Source: Yuukianura sp. NJ FZ-2021 (Eukaryota). From it: a stretch of 64,000 nt of DNA. This document shows positions 44,601 through 59,600 of the stretch, one piece after another. Below the pieces are notes generated by a model. That model saw nothing but the letters and a program-made list of their open reading frames with translations. It had not been told where the DNA came from and did no database searches. Made by a program: the position numbers and the translations under genes. Positions within the stretch are counted from its first letter, which is position 1. Each line of letters starts with the position of its first letter. The stretch lies in contig CM102290.1 of the NCBI GenBank assembly GCA_046563655.1, positions 6,076,001-6,140,000 of the forward strand, written 5' to 3'.

Positions 44601-47600
44601 TCGAGAACTTTACTCAGAATCAAATCAGTCTAGTCAGATTTGGAATTAGTACTAGAACCAAGCTAAAAGGGTAAAGAAACTGAAAAAGAAAGAAAAATTG
44701 CTACTAGATGTTTTCATAATTCTGAACTTATATATATTTGTTTACAACGTTAGGACTGAAACTCCTAATAGTTCTCGCCCTACTTACCCATAATGTCTAT
44801 TTACATAGTGAGCACAACCAATTATGTTAGCCTATTTTTACCTAACTTTAACACTACGAAGCTAAACCGTAAGTTTACAACCAGTGACCGCCTTCCTGCA
44901 TTCTTAATAAAAACAAAATAATAAATGTTCTAAAAAGCTACAACTGCCTGTTCTGACAAGAGAAATAAACTTTAGGCCGTTGCTCAGGGTGCTCGTGCTT
45001 CAGCTTAAGCTAATAAAACTTTTGACACGTAAGAAATGTTTTTGTAACAAGCTAGCGTGAACGCTGTGTAGAAACACTGAGGAGTTAGTTCCAACAAGGT
45101 ACCGGGTTTCTACAATTTGGAACACTAGACAGACCAATCTTTTCAAGTGTCGAGAACTTTACTCAGAATCAAATCAGTCTAGTCAGATTTGGAATTAGTA
45201 CTAGAACGAAGCTAAAAGAGTAAAGAAACGAACTCTGTCAAGTCAAACTGAAAAAGAAAGAAAAATTGCTACTAGATGTTTTCATAATTCTGAACTTATA
45301 TATATTTGTTTACAACGTTAGGACTGAAACTCCTAATAGTTCTCGCCCTACTTACCCATAATGTCTATTTACATAGTGAGCACAACCAATTATGTTAGCC
45401 TATTTTTACCTAACTTTAACACTACGAAGCTAAACCGTAAGTTTACAACCAGTGACCGCCTTCCTGCATTCTTAATAAAAACAAAATAATAAATGTTCTA
45501 AAAAGCTACAACTGCCTGTTCTGACAAGAGAAATAAACTTTAGGCCGTTGCTCAGGGTGCTCGTGCTTCAGCTTAAGCTAATAAAACTTTTGACACGTAA
45601 GAAATGTTTTTGTAACAAGCTAGCGTGAACGCTGTGTAGAAACACTGAGGAGTTAGTTCCAACAAGGTACCGGGTTTCTACAATTTGGAACACTAGACCA
45701 ATCTTTTCAAGTGTCGAGAACTTTACTCAGAATCAAATCAGTCTAGTCAGATTTGGAATTAGTACTAGAACGAAGCTAAAAGAGTAAAGAAACGAACTCT
45801 GTCAAGTCAAACTGAAAAAGAAAGAAAAATTGCTACTAGATGTTTTCATAATTCTGAACTTATATATATTTGTTTACAACGTTAGAGCTGAAACTCCTAA
45901 TAGTTCTCGCCTTACTTACCCATAATGTCTATTCACATAGTGAGCACAAGTAATTATGTTAGCCTATTTTTACCTAGCTTTAACACTACGAAGCTAAACC
46001 GCAAGTTTACAGAAATGTGACCGCCTTCCTGCATTATTAATAAAAACAAAATAATAAATGTTCTAGAAAGCTACAAGTGCCTGTTCTGACAAGAGAAACG
46101 ACTTTAGGCCGTTGCTCAGGGTGCTCGTGCTTCAGCTTAAGCTAATAAAACTTTTGACACGTAAGAAATGTTTCTGTAACAAGCTAAGGTGAACGCTGTG
46201 TAGAAACACTGAGGAGTTAGTTCGAACACGGTACCGGGTTTCTACAATTTGGAACACTAGACCAATCTTTTCAAGTGTCGAGAACTTTACTCAGAATCAA
46301 ATCAGTCTAGTCAGATTTGGAATTAGTACTAGAACCAAGCTAAAAGGGTAAAGAAACTGAAAAAGAAAGAAAAATTGCTACTAGATGTTTTCATAATTCT
46401 GAACTTATATATATTTGTTTACAACGTTAGGACTGAAACTCCTAATAGTTCTCGCCCTACTTACCCATAATGTCTATTTACATAGTGAGCACAACCAATT
46501 ATGTTAGCCTATTTTTACCTAACTTTAACACTACGAAGCTAAACCGTAAGTTTACAACCAGTGACCGCCTTCCTGCATTCTTAATAAAAACAAAATAATA
46601 AATGTTCTAGAAAGCTACAAGTGCCTGTTCTGACAAGAGAAACGACTTTAGGCCGTTGCTCAGGGTGCTCGTGCTTCAGCTTAAGCTAATAAAACTTTTG
46701 ACACGTAAGAAATGTTTCTGTAACAAGCTAAGGTGAACGCTGTGTAGAAACACTGAGGAGTTAGTTCGAACACGGTACCGGGTTTCTACAATTTGGAACA
46801 CCAGACCAATCTTTTCAAGTGTCGAGAACTTTACTCAGAATCAAATCAATCTAGTCAGATTTGGAATTAGTACTAGAACCAAGCTAAAAGTGTAAAGAAA
46901 CGAACTCTGTCACGTCAAACTGAAAAGGAAAGTAAAATTGCTACTAGATGTTTTCATAATTCTGAACTTATATATATTTGTTTATAAACGTTAGAGCTGA
47001 AACTCCTAATAGTTCTCGCCCTACTTACCCATAATGTATATTCACTTTGTGAGCACAAGCAATTATGTTAGCCTATTTTTACCTAGCTTTAACACTACGA
47101 AGCTAAACCGTAAGTTTACAACACGTGACCGCCTTCCTGCATTCTTAATAAAAACAAAATAATAAATGTTCTAAAAAGCTACAACTGCCTGTTCTGACAA
47201 GAGAAATAAACTTTAGGCCGTTGCTCAGGGTGCTCGTGCTTTAGCTTAAGCTAATAAAACTTTTGACACGTAAGAAATGTTTCTGTAACAAGCTAGCGTG
47301 AACGCTGTGTAGAAACACTGAGGAGTTAGTTCGAACACGGTACCGGGTTTCTACAATTTGGAACACTAGACAAATCTTTTCAAGTGTCGAGAACTTTACT
47401 CAGAATCAAATCAGTCTAGTCAGATTTGGAATTAGTACTAGAACCAAGCTAAAAGGGTAAAGAAACTGAAAAAGAAAGAAAAATTGCTACTAGATGTTTT
47501 CATAATTCTGAACTTATATATATTTGTTTACAACGTTAGGACTGAAACTCCTAATAGTTCTCGCCCTACTTACCCATAATGTCTATTTACATAGTGAGCA

Positions 47601-50600
47601 CAACCAATTATGTTAGCCTATTTTTACCTAACTTTAACACTACGAAGCTAAACCGTAAGTTTACAACCAGTGACCGCCTTCCTGCATTCTTAATAAAAAC
47701 AAAATAATAAATGTTCTAGAAAGCTACAAGTGCCTGTTCTGACAAGAGAAACGACTTTAGGCCGTTGCTCAGGGTGCTCGTGCTTCAGCTTAAGCTAATA
47801 AAACTTTTGACACGTAAGAAATGTTTCTGTAACAAGCTAAGGTGAACGCTGTGTAGAAACACTGAGGAGTTAGTTCGAACACGGTACCGGGTTTCTACAA
47901 TTTGGAACACCAGACCAATCTTTTCAAGTGTCGAGAACTTTACTCAGAATCAAATCAATCTAGTCAGATTTGGAATTAGTACTAGAACCAAGCTAAAAGT
48001 GTAAGGAAACGAACTCTGTCACGTCAAACTGAAAAGGAAAGTAAAATTGCTACTAGATGTTTTCATAATTCTGAACTTATATATATTTGTTTACAGCGTT
48101 AGAGCTGAAACTCCTAATAGTTCTCGCCCTACTTACCCATAATGTATATTCACATAGTGAGCACAAGCAATTATGTTAGCCTATTTTTACCTAGCTTTAA
48201 CACTACGAAGCTAAACCGTAAGTTTACAACACGTGACCGCCTTGCTGCATTCTTAATAAAAACAAAATAATAAATGTTCCAGAAAGCTACAAGTGCCTGT
48301 TCTGACAAGAGAAACGACTTTAGGCCGTTGCTCAGGGTGCTCGTGCTTCAGCTTAAGCTAATAAAACTTTTGGCAGGTAAGAAATGTTTCTGTAACAAGC
48401 TAGGGTGAACGCTGTGTAGAAAAACTGAGGAGTTAGTTCGAACACGGTACCGGGTTTCTACAATTTGGAACATTAGACCAATCTTTTCAAGTGTCGAGAA
48501 CTTTACTCAGAATCAAATCATTCTAGTCAGATTTGGAATTAGTACTAGAACCAAGCTAAAAGTGTAAAGAAACGAACTCTGTCACGTCAAACTGAAAAGG
48601 AAAGTAAAATTGCTACTAGATGTTTTCATAATTCTGAACTTATATATATTTGTTTATAAACGTTAGAGCTGAAACTCCTAATAGTTCTCGCCCTACTTAC
48701 ACATAATGTCTATTCACATAGTGAGCACAAGCAATTATGTTAGCCTATTTTTACCTAGCTTTAACACTACGAAGCTAAACCGTAAGTTTACAACACGTGA
48801 CCGCCTTCCTGCATTCTTAATAAAAACAAAATAATAAATGTTCTAAAAAGCTACAACTGCCTGTTCTGACAAGAGAAATAAACTTTAGGCCGTTGCTCAG
48901 GGTGCTCGTGCTTCAGCTTAAGCTAATAAAACTTTTGACACGTAAGAAATGTTTTTGTAACAAGCTAGCGTGAACGCTGTGTAGAAACACTGAGGAGTTA
49001 GTTCGAACAAGGTACCGGGTTTCTACAATTTGGAACACTAGACCAATCTTTTCAAGTGTCGAGAACTTTACTCAGAATCAAATCAGTCTAGTCAGATTTG
49101 GAATTAGTACTAGAACGAAGCTAAAAGAGTAAAGAAACGAACTCTGTCAAGTCAAACTGAAAAAGAAAGAAAAATTGCTACTAGATGTTTTCATAATTCT
49201 GAACTTATATATATTTGTTTACAACGTTAGAGCTGAAACTCCTAATAGTTCTCGCCTTACTTACCCATAATGTCTATTCACATAGTGAGCACAAGTAATT
49301 ATGTTAGCCTATTTTTACCTAGCTTTAACACTACGAAGCTAAACCGCAAGTTTACAGAAATGTGACCGCCTTCCTGCATTATTAATAAAAACAAAATAAT
49401 AAATGTTCTAGAAAGCTACAAGTGCCTGTTCTGACAAGAGAAACTACTTTAGGCCGTTGCTCAGGGTGCTCGTGCTTCAGCTTAAGCTAATAAAACTTTT
49501 GACACGTAAGAAATGTTTCTGTAACAAGCTAAGGTGAACGCTGTGTAGAAACACTGAGGAGTTAGTTCGAACACGGTACCGGGTTTCTACAATTTGGAAC
49601 ACTAGACCAATCTTTTCAAGTGTCGAGAACTTTACTCAGAATCAAATCAGTCTAGTCAGATTTGGAATTAGTACTAGAACCAAGCTAAAAGGGTAAAGAA
49701 ACTGAAAAAGAAAGAAAAATTGCTACTAGATGTTTTCATAATTCTGAACTTATATATATTTGTTTACAACGTTAGGACTGAAACTCCTAATAGTTCTCGC
49801 CCTACTTACCCATAATGTCTATTTACATAGTGAGCACAACCAATTATGTTAGCCTATTTTTACCTAACTTTAACACTACGAAGCTAAACCGTAAGTTTAC
49901 AACCAGTGACCGCCTTCCTGCATTCTTAATAAAAACAAAATAATAAATGTTCTAAAAAGCTACAACTGCCTGTTCTGACAAGAGAAATAAACTTTAGGCC
50001 GTTGCTCAGGGTGCTCGTGCTTCAGCTTAAGCTAATAAAACTTTTGACACGTAAGAAATGTTTTTGTAACAAGCTAGCGTGAACGCTGTGTAGAAACACT
50101 GAGGAGTTAGTTCCAACAAGGTACCGGGTTTCTACAATTTGGAACACTAGACCAATCTTTTCAAGTGTCGAGAACTTTACTCAGAATCAAATCAGTCTAG
50201 TCAGATTTGGAATTAGTACTAGAACGAAGCTAAAAGAGTAAAGAAACGAACTCTGTCAAGTCAAACTGAAAAAGAAAGAAAAATTGCTACTAGATGTTTT
50301 CATAATTCTGAACTTATATATATTTGTTTACAACGTTAGGACTGAAACTCCTAATAGTTCTCGCCCTACTTACCCATAATGTCTATTTACATAGTGAGCA
50401 CAACCAATTATGTTAGCCTATTTTTACCTAACTTTAACACTACGAAGCTAAACCGTAAGTTTACAACCAGTGACCGCCTTCCTGCATTCTTAATAAAAAC
50501 AAAATAATAAATGTTCTAAAAAGCTACAACTGCCTGTTCTGACAAGAGAAATAAACTTTAGGCCGTTGCTCAGGGTGCTCGTGCTTCAGCTTAAGCTAAT

Positions 50601-53600
50601 AAAACTTTTGACACGTAAGAAATGTTTTTGTAACAAGCTAGCGTGAACGCTGTGTAGAAACACTGAGGAGTTAGTTCGAACAAGGTACCGGGTTTCTACA
50701 ATTTGGAACACTAGACCAATCTTTTCAAGTGTCGAGAACTTTACTCAGAATCAAATCAGTCTAGTCAGATTTGGAATTAGTACTAGAACGAAGCTAAAAG
50801 AGTAAAGAAACGAACTCTGTCAAGTCAAACTGAAAAAGAAAGAAAAATTGCTACTAGATGTTTTCATAATTCTGAACTTATATATATTTGTTTACAACGT
50901 TAGAGCTGAAACTCCTAATAGTTCTCGCCTTACTTACCCATAATGTCTATTCACATAGTGAGCACAAGCAATTATGTTAGCCTATTTTTACCTAGCTTTA
51001 ACACTACGAAGCTAAACCGTAAGTTTACAGAAATGTGACCGCCTTCCTGCATTATTAATAAAAACAAAATAATAAATGTTCTAGAAAGCTACAAGTGCCT
51101 GTTCTGACAAGAGAAACGACTTTAGGCCGTTGCTCAGGGTGCTCGTGCTTCAGCTTAAGCTAATAAAACTTTTGACACGTAAGAAATGTTTCTGTAACAA
51201 GCTAAGGTGAACGCTGTGTAGAAACACTGAGGAGTTAGTTCGAACACGGTACCGGGTTTCTACAATTTGGAACACTAGACCAATCTTTTCAAGTGTCGAG
51301 AACTTTACTCAGAATCAAATCAGTCTAGTCAGATTTGGAATTAGTACTAGAACCAAGCTAAAAGGGTAAAGAAACTGAAAAAGAAAGAAAAATTGCTACT
51401 AGATGTTTTCATAATTCTGAACTTATATATATTTGTTTACAACGTTAGGACTGAAACTCCTAATAGTTCTCGCCCTACTTACCCATAATGTCTATTTACA
51501 TAGTGAGCACAACCAATTATGTTAGCCTATTTTTACCTAACTTTAACACTACGAAGCTAAACCGTAAGTTTACAACCAGTGACCGCCTTCCTGCATTCTT
51601 AATAAAAACAAAATAATAAATGTTCTAGAAAGCTACAAGTGCCTGTTCTGACAAGAGAAACGACTTTAGGCCGTTGCTCAGGGTGCTCGTGCTTCAGCTT
51701 AAGCTAATAAAACTTTTGACACGTAAGAAATGTTTCTGTAACAAGCTAGCGTGAACGCTGTGTAGAAACACTGAGGAGTTAGTTCGAACACGGTACCGGG
51801 TTTCTACAATTTGGAACACTAGACCAATCTTTTCAAGTGTCGAGAACTTTACTCAGAATCAAATCATTCTAGTCAGATTTGGAATTAGTACTAGAACCAA
51901 GCTAAAAGTGTAAGGAAACGAACTCTGTCACGTCAAACTGAAAAGGAAAGTAAAATTGCTACTAGATGTTTTCATAATTCTGAACTTATATATATTTGTT
52001 TACAACGTTAGAGCTGAAACTCCTAATAGTTCTCGCCCTACTTACCCATAATGTATATTCACATAGTGAGCACAAGCAATTATGTTAGCCTATTTTTACC
52101 TAGCTTTAACACTACGAAGCTAAACCGTAAGTTTACAACACGTGACCGCCTTCCTGCATTCTTAATAAAAACAAAATAATAAATGTTCTAAAAAGCTACA
52201 ACTGCCTGTTCTGACAAGAGAAATAAACTTTAGGCCGTTGCTCAGGGTGCTCGTGCTTTAGCTTAAGCTAATAAAACTTTTGACACGTAAGAAATGTTTC
52301 TGTAACAAGCTAGCGTGAACGCTGTGTAGAAACACTGAGGAGTTAGTTCGAACACGGTACCGGGTTTCTACAATTTGGAACACTAGACAAATCTTTTCAA
52401 GTGTCGAGAACTTTACTCAGAATCAAATCAGTCTAGTCAGATTTGGAATTAGTACTAGAACCAAGCTAAAAGGGTAAAGAAACTGAAAAAGAAAGAAAAA
52501 TTGCTACTAGATGTTTTCATAATTCTGAACTTATATATATTTGTTTACAACGTTAGGACTGAAACTCCTAATAGTTCTCGCCCTACTTACCCATAATGTC
52601 TATTTACATAGTGAGCACAACCAATTATGTTAGCCTATTTTTACCTAACTTTAACACTACGAAGCTAAACCGTAAGTTTACAACCAGTGACCGCCTTCCT
52701 GCATTCTTAATAAAAACAAAATAATAAATGTTCTAGAAAGCTACAAGTGCCTGTTCTGACAAGAGAAACGACTTTAGGCCGTTGCTCAGGGTGCTCGTGC
52801 TTCAGCTTAAGCTAATAAAACTTTTGACACGTAAGAAATGTTTCTGTAACAAGCTAAGGTGAACGCTGTGTAGAAACACTGAGGAGTTAGTTCGAACACG
52901 GTACCGGGTTTCTACAATTTGGAACACTAGACCAATCTTTTCAAGTGTCGAGAACTTTACTCAGAATCAAATCAATCTAGTCAGATTTGGAATTAGTACT
53001 AGAACCAAGCTAAAAGTGTAAGGAAACGAACTCTGTCACGTCAAACTGAAAAAGAAAGTAAAATTGCTACTAGATGTTTTCATAATTCTGAACTTATATA
53101 TATTTGTTTACAACGTTAGAGCTGAAACTCCTAATAGTTCTCGCCCTACTTACCCATAATGTATATTCACATAGTGAGCACAAGCAATTATGTTAGCCTA
53201 TTTTTACCTAGCTTTAACACTACGAAGCTAAACCGTAAGTTTACAACACGTGACCGCCTTCCTGCATTCTTAATAAAAACAAAATAATAAATGTTCTAGA
53301 AAGCTACAAGTGCCTGTTCTGACAAGAGAAACGCCTTTAGGCCGTTGCTCAGGGTGCTCGTGCTTCAGCTTAAGCTAATAAAACTTTTGACACGTAAGAA
53401 ATGTTTCTGTAACAAGCTAGCGTGAACGCTGTGTAGAAACACTGAGGAGTTAGTTCGAACACGGTACCGGGTTTCTACAATTTGGAACACTAGACCAATC
53501 TTTTCAAGTGTCGAGAACTTTACTCAGAATCAAATCAGTCTAGTCAGATTTGGAATTAGTACTAGAACCAAGCTAAAAGTGTAAAGAAACGAACTCTGTC

Positions 53601-56600
53601 ACGTCAAACTGAAAAGGAAAGTAAAATTGCTACTAGATGTTTTCATAATTCTGAACTTATATATATTTGTTTACAACGTTAGAGCTGAAACTCCTAATAG
53701 TTCTCGCCCTACTTACCCATAATGTCTATTCACATAGTGAGCACAAGCAATTATGTTAGCCTATTTTTACCTAGCTTTAACACTACGAAGCTAAACCGTA
53801 AGTTTACAACACGTGACCGCCTTCCTGCATTCTTAATAAAAACAAAATAATAAATGTTCTAAAAAGCTACAACTGCCTGTTCTGACAAGAGAAATAAACT
53901 TTAGGCCGTTGCTCAGGATGCTCGTGCTTCAGCTTAAGCTAATAAAACTTTTGACACGTAAGAAATGTTTCTGTAACAAGCTAGCGTGAACGCTGTGTAG
54001 AAACACTGAGGAGTTAGTTCGAACACGGTACCGGGTTTCTACAATTTGGAACACTAGACAAATCTTTTCAAGTGTCGAGAACTTTACTCAGAATCAAATC
54101 AGTCCAGTCAGATTTGGAATTAGTACTAGAACGAAGCTAAAAGAGTAAAGAAACGAACTCTGTCAAGTCAAACTGAAAAAGAAAGAAAAATTGCTACTAG
54201 ATGTTTTCATAATTCTGAACTTACATATATTTGTTTACAACGTTAGAGCTGAAACTACTAATAGTTCCCGCCCTACTTACCCATAATGTCTATTCACATA
54301 GTGAGCACAAGCAATTATGTTAGCCTATTTTTACCTAACTTTAACACTACGAAGCTAAACCGTAAGTTTACAACAAGTGACCGCCTTCCTGCATTCTTAA
54401 TAAAAACAAAATAATAAATGTTCTAGAAAGCTACAACTGCCTGTTCTGACAAGAGAAATAAACTTTAGGCCGTTGCTCAGGGTGCTCGTGCTTCAGCTTA
54501 AGCTAATAAAACTTTTGACACGTAAGAAATGTTTTTGTAACAAGCTAGCGTGAACGCTGTGTAGAAACACTGAGGAGTTAGTTCGAACACGGTACCGGGT
54601 TTCTACAATTTGGAACACTAGACCAATCTTTTCAAGTGTCGAGAACTTTACTCAGAATCAAATCAGTCTAGTCAGATTTGGAATTAGTACTAGAACGAAG
54701 CTAAAAGAGTAAAGAAACGAACTCTGTCAAGTCAAACTGAAAAAGAAAGAAAAATTGCTACTAGATGTTTTCATAATTCTGAACTTATATATATTTGTTT
54801 ACAACGTTAGAGCTGAAACTCCTAATAGTTCTCGCCCTACTTACCCATAATGTCTATTCACATAGTGAGCACAAGCAATTATGTTAGCCTATTTTTACCT
54901 AGCTTTAACACTACGAAGCTAAACCGTAAGTTTACAGAAATGTGACCGCCTTCCTGCATTCTTAATAAAAACAAAATAATAAATGTTCTAGAAAGCTACA
55001 AGTGCCTGTTCTGACAAGAGAAACGACTTTAGGCCGTTGCTCAGGGTGCTCGTGCTTCAGCTTAAGCTAATAAAACTTTTGACACGTAAGAAATGTTTCT
55101 GTAACAAGCTAAGGTGAACGCTGTGTAGAAACACTGAGGAGTTAGTTCGAACACGGTACCGGGTTTCTACAATTTGGAACACTAGACCAATCTTTTCAAG
55201 TGTCGAGAACTTTACTCAGAATCAAATCAGTCTAGTCAGATTTGGAATTAGTACTAGAACCAAGCTAAAAGGGTAAAGAAACGAACTCTGTCAAGTCAAA
55301 CTGAAAAAGAAAGAAAAATTGCTACTAGATGTTTTCATAATTCTGAACTTATATATATTTGTTTACAACGTTAGGACTGAAACTCCTAATAGTTCTCGCC
55401 CTACTTACCCATAATGTCTATTTACATAGTGAGCACAAGCAATTATGTTAGCCTATTTTTACCTAACTTTAACACTACGAAGCTAAACCGTAAGTTTACA
55501 ACCAGTGACCGCCTTCCTGCATTCTTAATAAAAACAAAATAATAAATGTTCTAAAAAGCTACAACTGCCTGTTCTGACAAGAGAAATAAACTTTAGGCCG
55601 TTGCTCAGGGTGCTCGTGCTTCAGCTTAAGCTAATAAAACTTTTGACACGTAAGAAATGTTTTTGTAACAAGCTAGCGTGAACGCTGTGTAGAAACACTG
55701 AGGAGTTAGTTCGAACACGGTACCGGGTTTCTACAATTTGGAACACTAGACCAATCTTTTCAAGTGTCGAGAACTTTACTCAGAATCAAATCAGTCTAGT
55801 CAGATTTGGAATTAGTACTAGAACGAAGCTAAAAGAGTAAAGAAACGAACTCTGTCAAGTCAAACTGAAAAAGAAAGAAAAATTGCTACTAGATGTTTTC
55901 ATAATTCTGAACTTATATATATTTGTTTACAACGTTAGAGCTGAAACTCCTAATAGTTCTCGCCTTACTTACCCATAATGTCTATTCACATAGTGAGCAC
56001 AAGCAATTATGTTAGCCTATTTTTACCTACCTTTAACACTACGAAGCTAAACCGCAAGTTTACAGAAATGTGACCGCCTTCCTGCATTATTAATAAAAAC
56101 AAAATAATAAATGTTCTAGAAAGCTACAAGTGCCTGTTCTGACAAGAGAAACGACTTTAGGCCGTTGCTCAGGGTGCTCGTGCTTCAGCTTAAGCTAATA
56201 AAACTTTTGACACGTAAGAAATGTTTCTGTAACAAGCTAGCGTGAACGCTGTGTAGAAACACTGAGGAGTTAGTTCGAACACGGTACCGGGTTTCTACAA
56301 TTTGGAACACTAGACCAATCTTTTCAAGTGTCGAGAACTTTACTCAGAATCAAATCAGTCTAGTCAGATTTTTGGAATTAGTACTAGAACGAAACTAAAA
56401 GGGTAAAGAAACTGAAAAAGAAAGAAAAATTGCTACCAGATGTTTTCATAATTCTGAACTTACATATATTTGTTTACAACGTTAGAGCTGAAACTCCTAA
56501 TAGTTCTCGCCCTACTTACCCATAATGTCTATTTACATAGTGAGCACAACCAATTATGTTAGCCTATTTTTACCTAACTTTAACACTACGAAGCTAAACC

Positions 56601-59600
56601 GTAAGTTTACAACCAGTGACCGCCTTCCTGCATTCTTAATAAAAACAAAATAATAAATGTTCTAGAAAGCTACAAGTGCCTGTTCTGACAAGAGAAACGA
56701 CTTTAGGCCGTTGCTCAGGGTGCTCGTGCTTCAGCTTAAGCTAATAAAACTTTTGACACGTAAGAAATGTTTCTGTAACAAGCTAAGGTGAACGCTGTGT
56801 AGAAACACTGAGGAGTTAGTTCGAACACGGTACCGGGTTTCTACAATTTGGAACACTAGACCAATCTTTTCAAGTGTCGAGAACTTTACTCAGAATCAAA
56901 TCAGTCTAGTCAGATTTGGAATTAGTACTAGAACGAAGCTAAAAGTGTAAAGAAACGAACTCTGTCAAGTCAAACTGAAAAGGAAAGAAAAATTGCTACT
57001 AGATGTTTTCATAATTCTGAACTTATATATATTTGTTTACAACGTTAGAGCTGAAACTCCTAATAGTTCTCGCCCTACTTACCCATAATGTCTATTCACA
57101 TAGTGAGCACAAGCAATTATGTTAGCCTATTTTTACCTAGCTTTAACACTACGAAGCTAAACCGTAAGTTTACAACACGTGACCGCCTTCCTGCATTCTT
57201 AATAAAAACAAAATAATAAATGTTCTAGAAAGCTACAACTGCCTGTTCTGACAAGAGAAATAAACGGCTTTAGGCCGTTGCTCAGGGTGCTCGTGCTTTA
57301 GCTTAAGCTAATAAAACTTTTGACACGTAAGAAATGTTTCTGTAACAAGCTAGCGTGAACGCTGTGTAGAAACACTGAGGAGTTAGTTCGAACACGGTAC
57401 CGGGTTTCTACAATTTGGAACACTAGACAAATCTTTTCAAGTGTCGAGAACTTTACTCAGAATCAAATCAGTCCTAGTCAGATTTGGAATTAGTACTAGA
57501 ACGAAGCTAAAAGAGTAAAGAAACGAACTCTGTCAAGTCAAACTGAAAAAGAAAGAAAAATTGCTACTAGATGTTTTCATAATTCTGAACTTATATATAT
57601 TTGTTTACAACGTTAGAGCTGAAACTACTAATAGTTCTCGCCCTTACTTACCCATAATGTCTATTCACATAGTGAGCACAAGCAATTATGTTAGCCTATT
57701 TTTACCTAGCTTTAACACTACGAAGCTAAACCGTAAGTTTACAGAAATGTGACCGCCTTCCTGCATTCTTAATAAAAACAAAATAATAAATGTTCTAGAA
57801 AGCTACAAGTGCCTGTTCTGACAAGAGAAACGACTTTAGGCCGTTGCTCAGGGTGCTCGTGCTTCAGCTTAAGCTAATAAAACTTTTGACACGTAAGAAA
57901 TGTTTCTGTAACAAGCTAAGGTGAACGCTGTGTAGAAACACTGAGGAGTTAGTTCGAACACGGTACCGGGTTTCTACAATTTGGAACACTAGACCAATCT
58001 TTTCAAGTGTCGAGAACTTTACTCAGAATCAAATCAGTCTAGTCAGATTTGGAATTAGTACTAGAACCAAGCTAAAAGGGTAAAGAAACTGAAAAAGAAA
58101 GAAAAATTGCTACTAGATGTTTTCATAATTCTGAACTTATATATATTTGTTTACAACGTTAGAGCTGAAACTCCTAATAGTTCTCGCCCTACTTACCCAT
58201 AATGTCTATTTACATAGTGAGCACAAGCAATTATGTTAGCCTATTTTTACCTAACTTTAACACTACGAAGCTAAACCGTAAGTTTACAACCAGTGACCGC
58301 CTTCCTGCATTCTTAATAAAAACAAAATAATAAATGTTCTAAAAAGCTACAACTGCCTGTTCTGACAAGAGAAATAAACTTTAGGCCGTTGCTCAGGGTG
58401 CTCGTGCTTCAGCTTAAGCTAATAAAACTTTTGACACGTAAGAAATGTTTTTGTAACAAGCTAGCGTGAACGCTGTGTAGAAACACTGAGGAGTTAGTTC
58501 GAACACGGTACCGGGTTTCTACAATTTGGAACACTAGACCAATCTTTTCAAGTGTCGAGAACTTTACTCAGAATCAAATCAGTCTAGTCAGATTTGGAAT
58601 TAGTACTAGAACGAAGCTAAAAGAGTAAAGAAACGAACTCTGTCAAGTCAAACTGAAAAAGAAAGAAAAATTGCTACTAGATGTTTTCATAATTCTGAAC
58701 TTATATATATTTGTTTACAACGTTAGAGCTGAAACTCCTAATAGTTCTCGCCTTACTTACCCATAATGTCTATTCACATAGTGAGCACAAGTAATTATGT
58801 TAGCCTATTTTTACCTAGCTTTAACACTACGAAGCTAAACCGTAAGTTTACAGAAATGTGACCGCCTTCCTGCATTCTTAATAAAAACAAAATAATAAAT
58901 GTTCTAGAAAGCTACAAGTGCCTGTTCTGACAAGAGAAACGACTTTAGGCCGTTGCTCAGGGTGCTCGTGCTTCAGCTTAAGCTAATAAAACTTTTGACA
59001 CGTAAGAAATGTTTCTGTAACAAGCTAGCGTGAACGCTGTGTAGAAACACTGAGGAGTTAGTTCGAACACGGTACCGGGTTTCTACAATTTGGAACACTA
59101 GACCAATCTTTTCAAGTGTCGAGAACTTTACTCAGAATCAAATCAGTCTAGTCAGATTTGGAATTAGTACTAGAACGAAGCTAAAAGGGTAAAGAAACGA
59201 ACTCTGTCAAGTCAAACTGAAAAAGAAAGAAAAATTGCTACTAGATGTTTTCATAATTCTGAACTTATATATATTTGTTTACAACGTTAGAGCTGAAACT
59301 CCTAATAGTTCTCGCCCTACTTACCCATAATGTCTATTCACATAGTGAGCACAAGCAATTATGTTAGCCTATTTTTACCTAGCTTTAACACTACGAAGCT
59401 AAACCGTAAGTTTACAACCAGTGACCGCCTTCCTGCATTCTTAATAAAAACAAAATAATAAATGTTCTAGAAAGCTACAAGTGCCTGTTCTGACAAGAGA
59501 AACGACTTTAGGCCGTTGCTCAGGGTGCTCGTGCTTCAGCTTAAGCTAATAAAACTTTTGACACGTAAGAAATGTTTCTGTAACAAGCTAAGGTGAACGC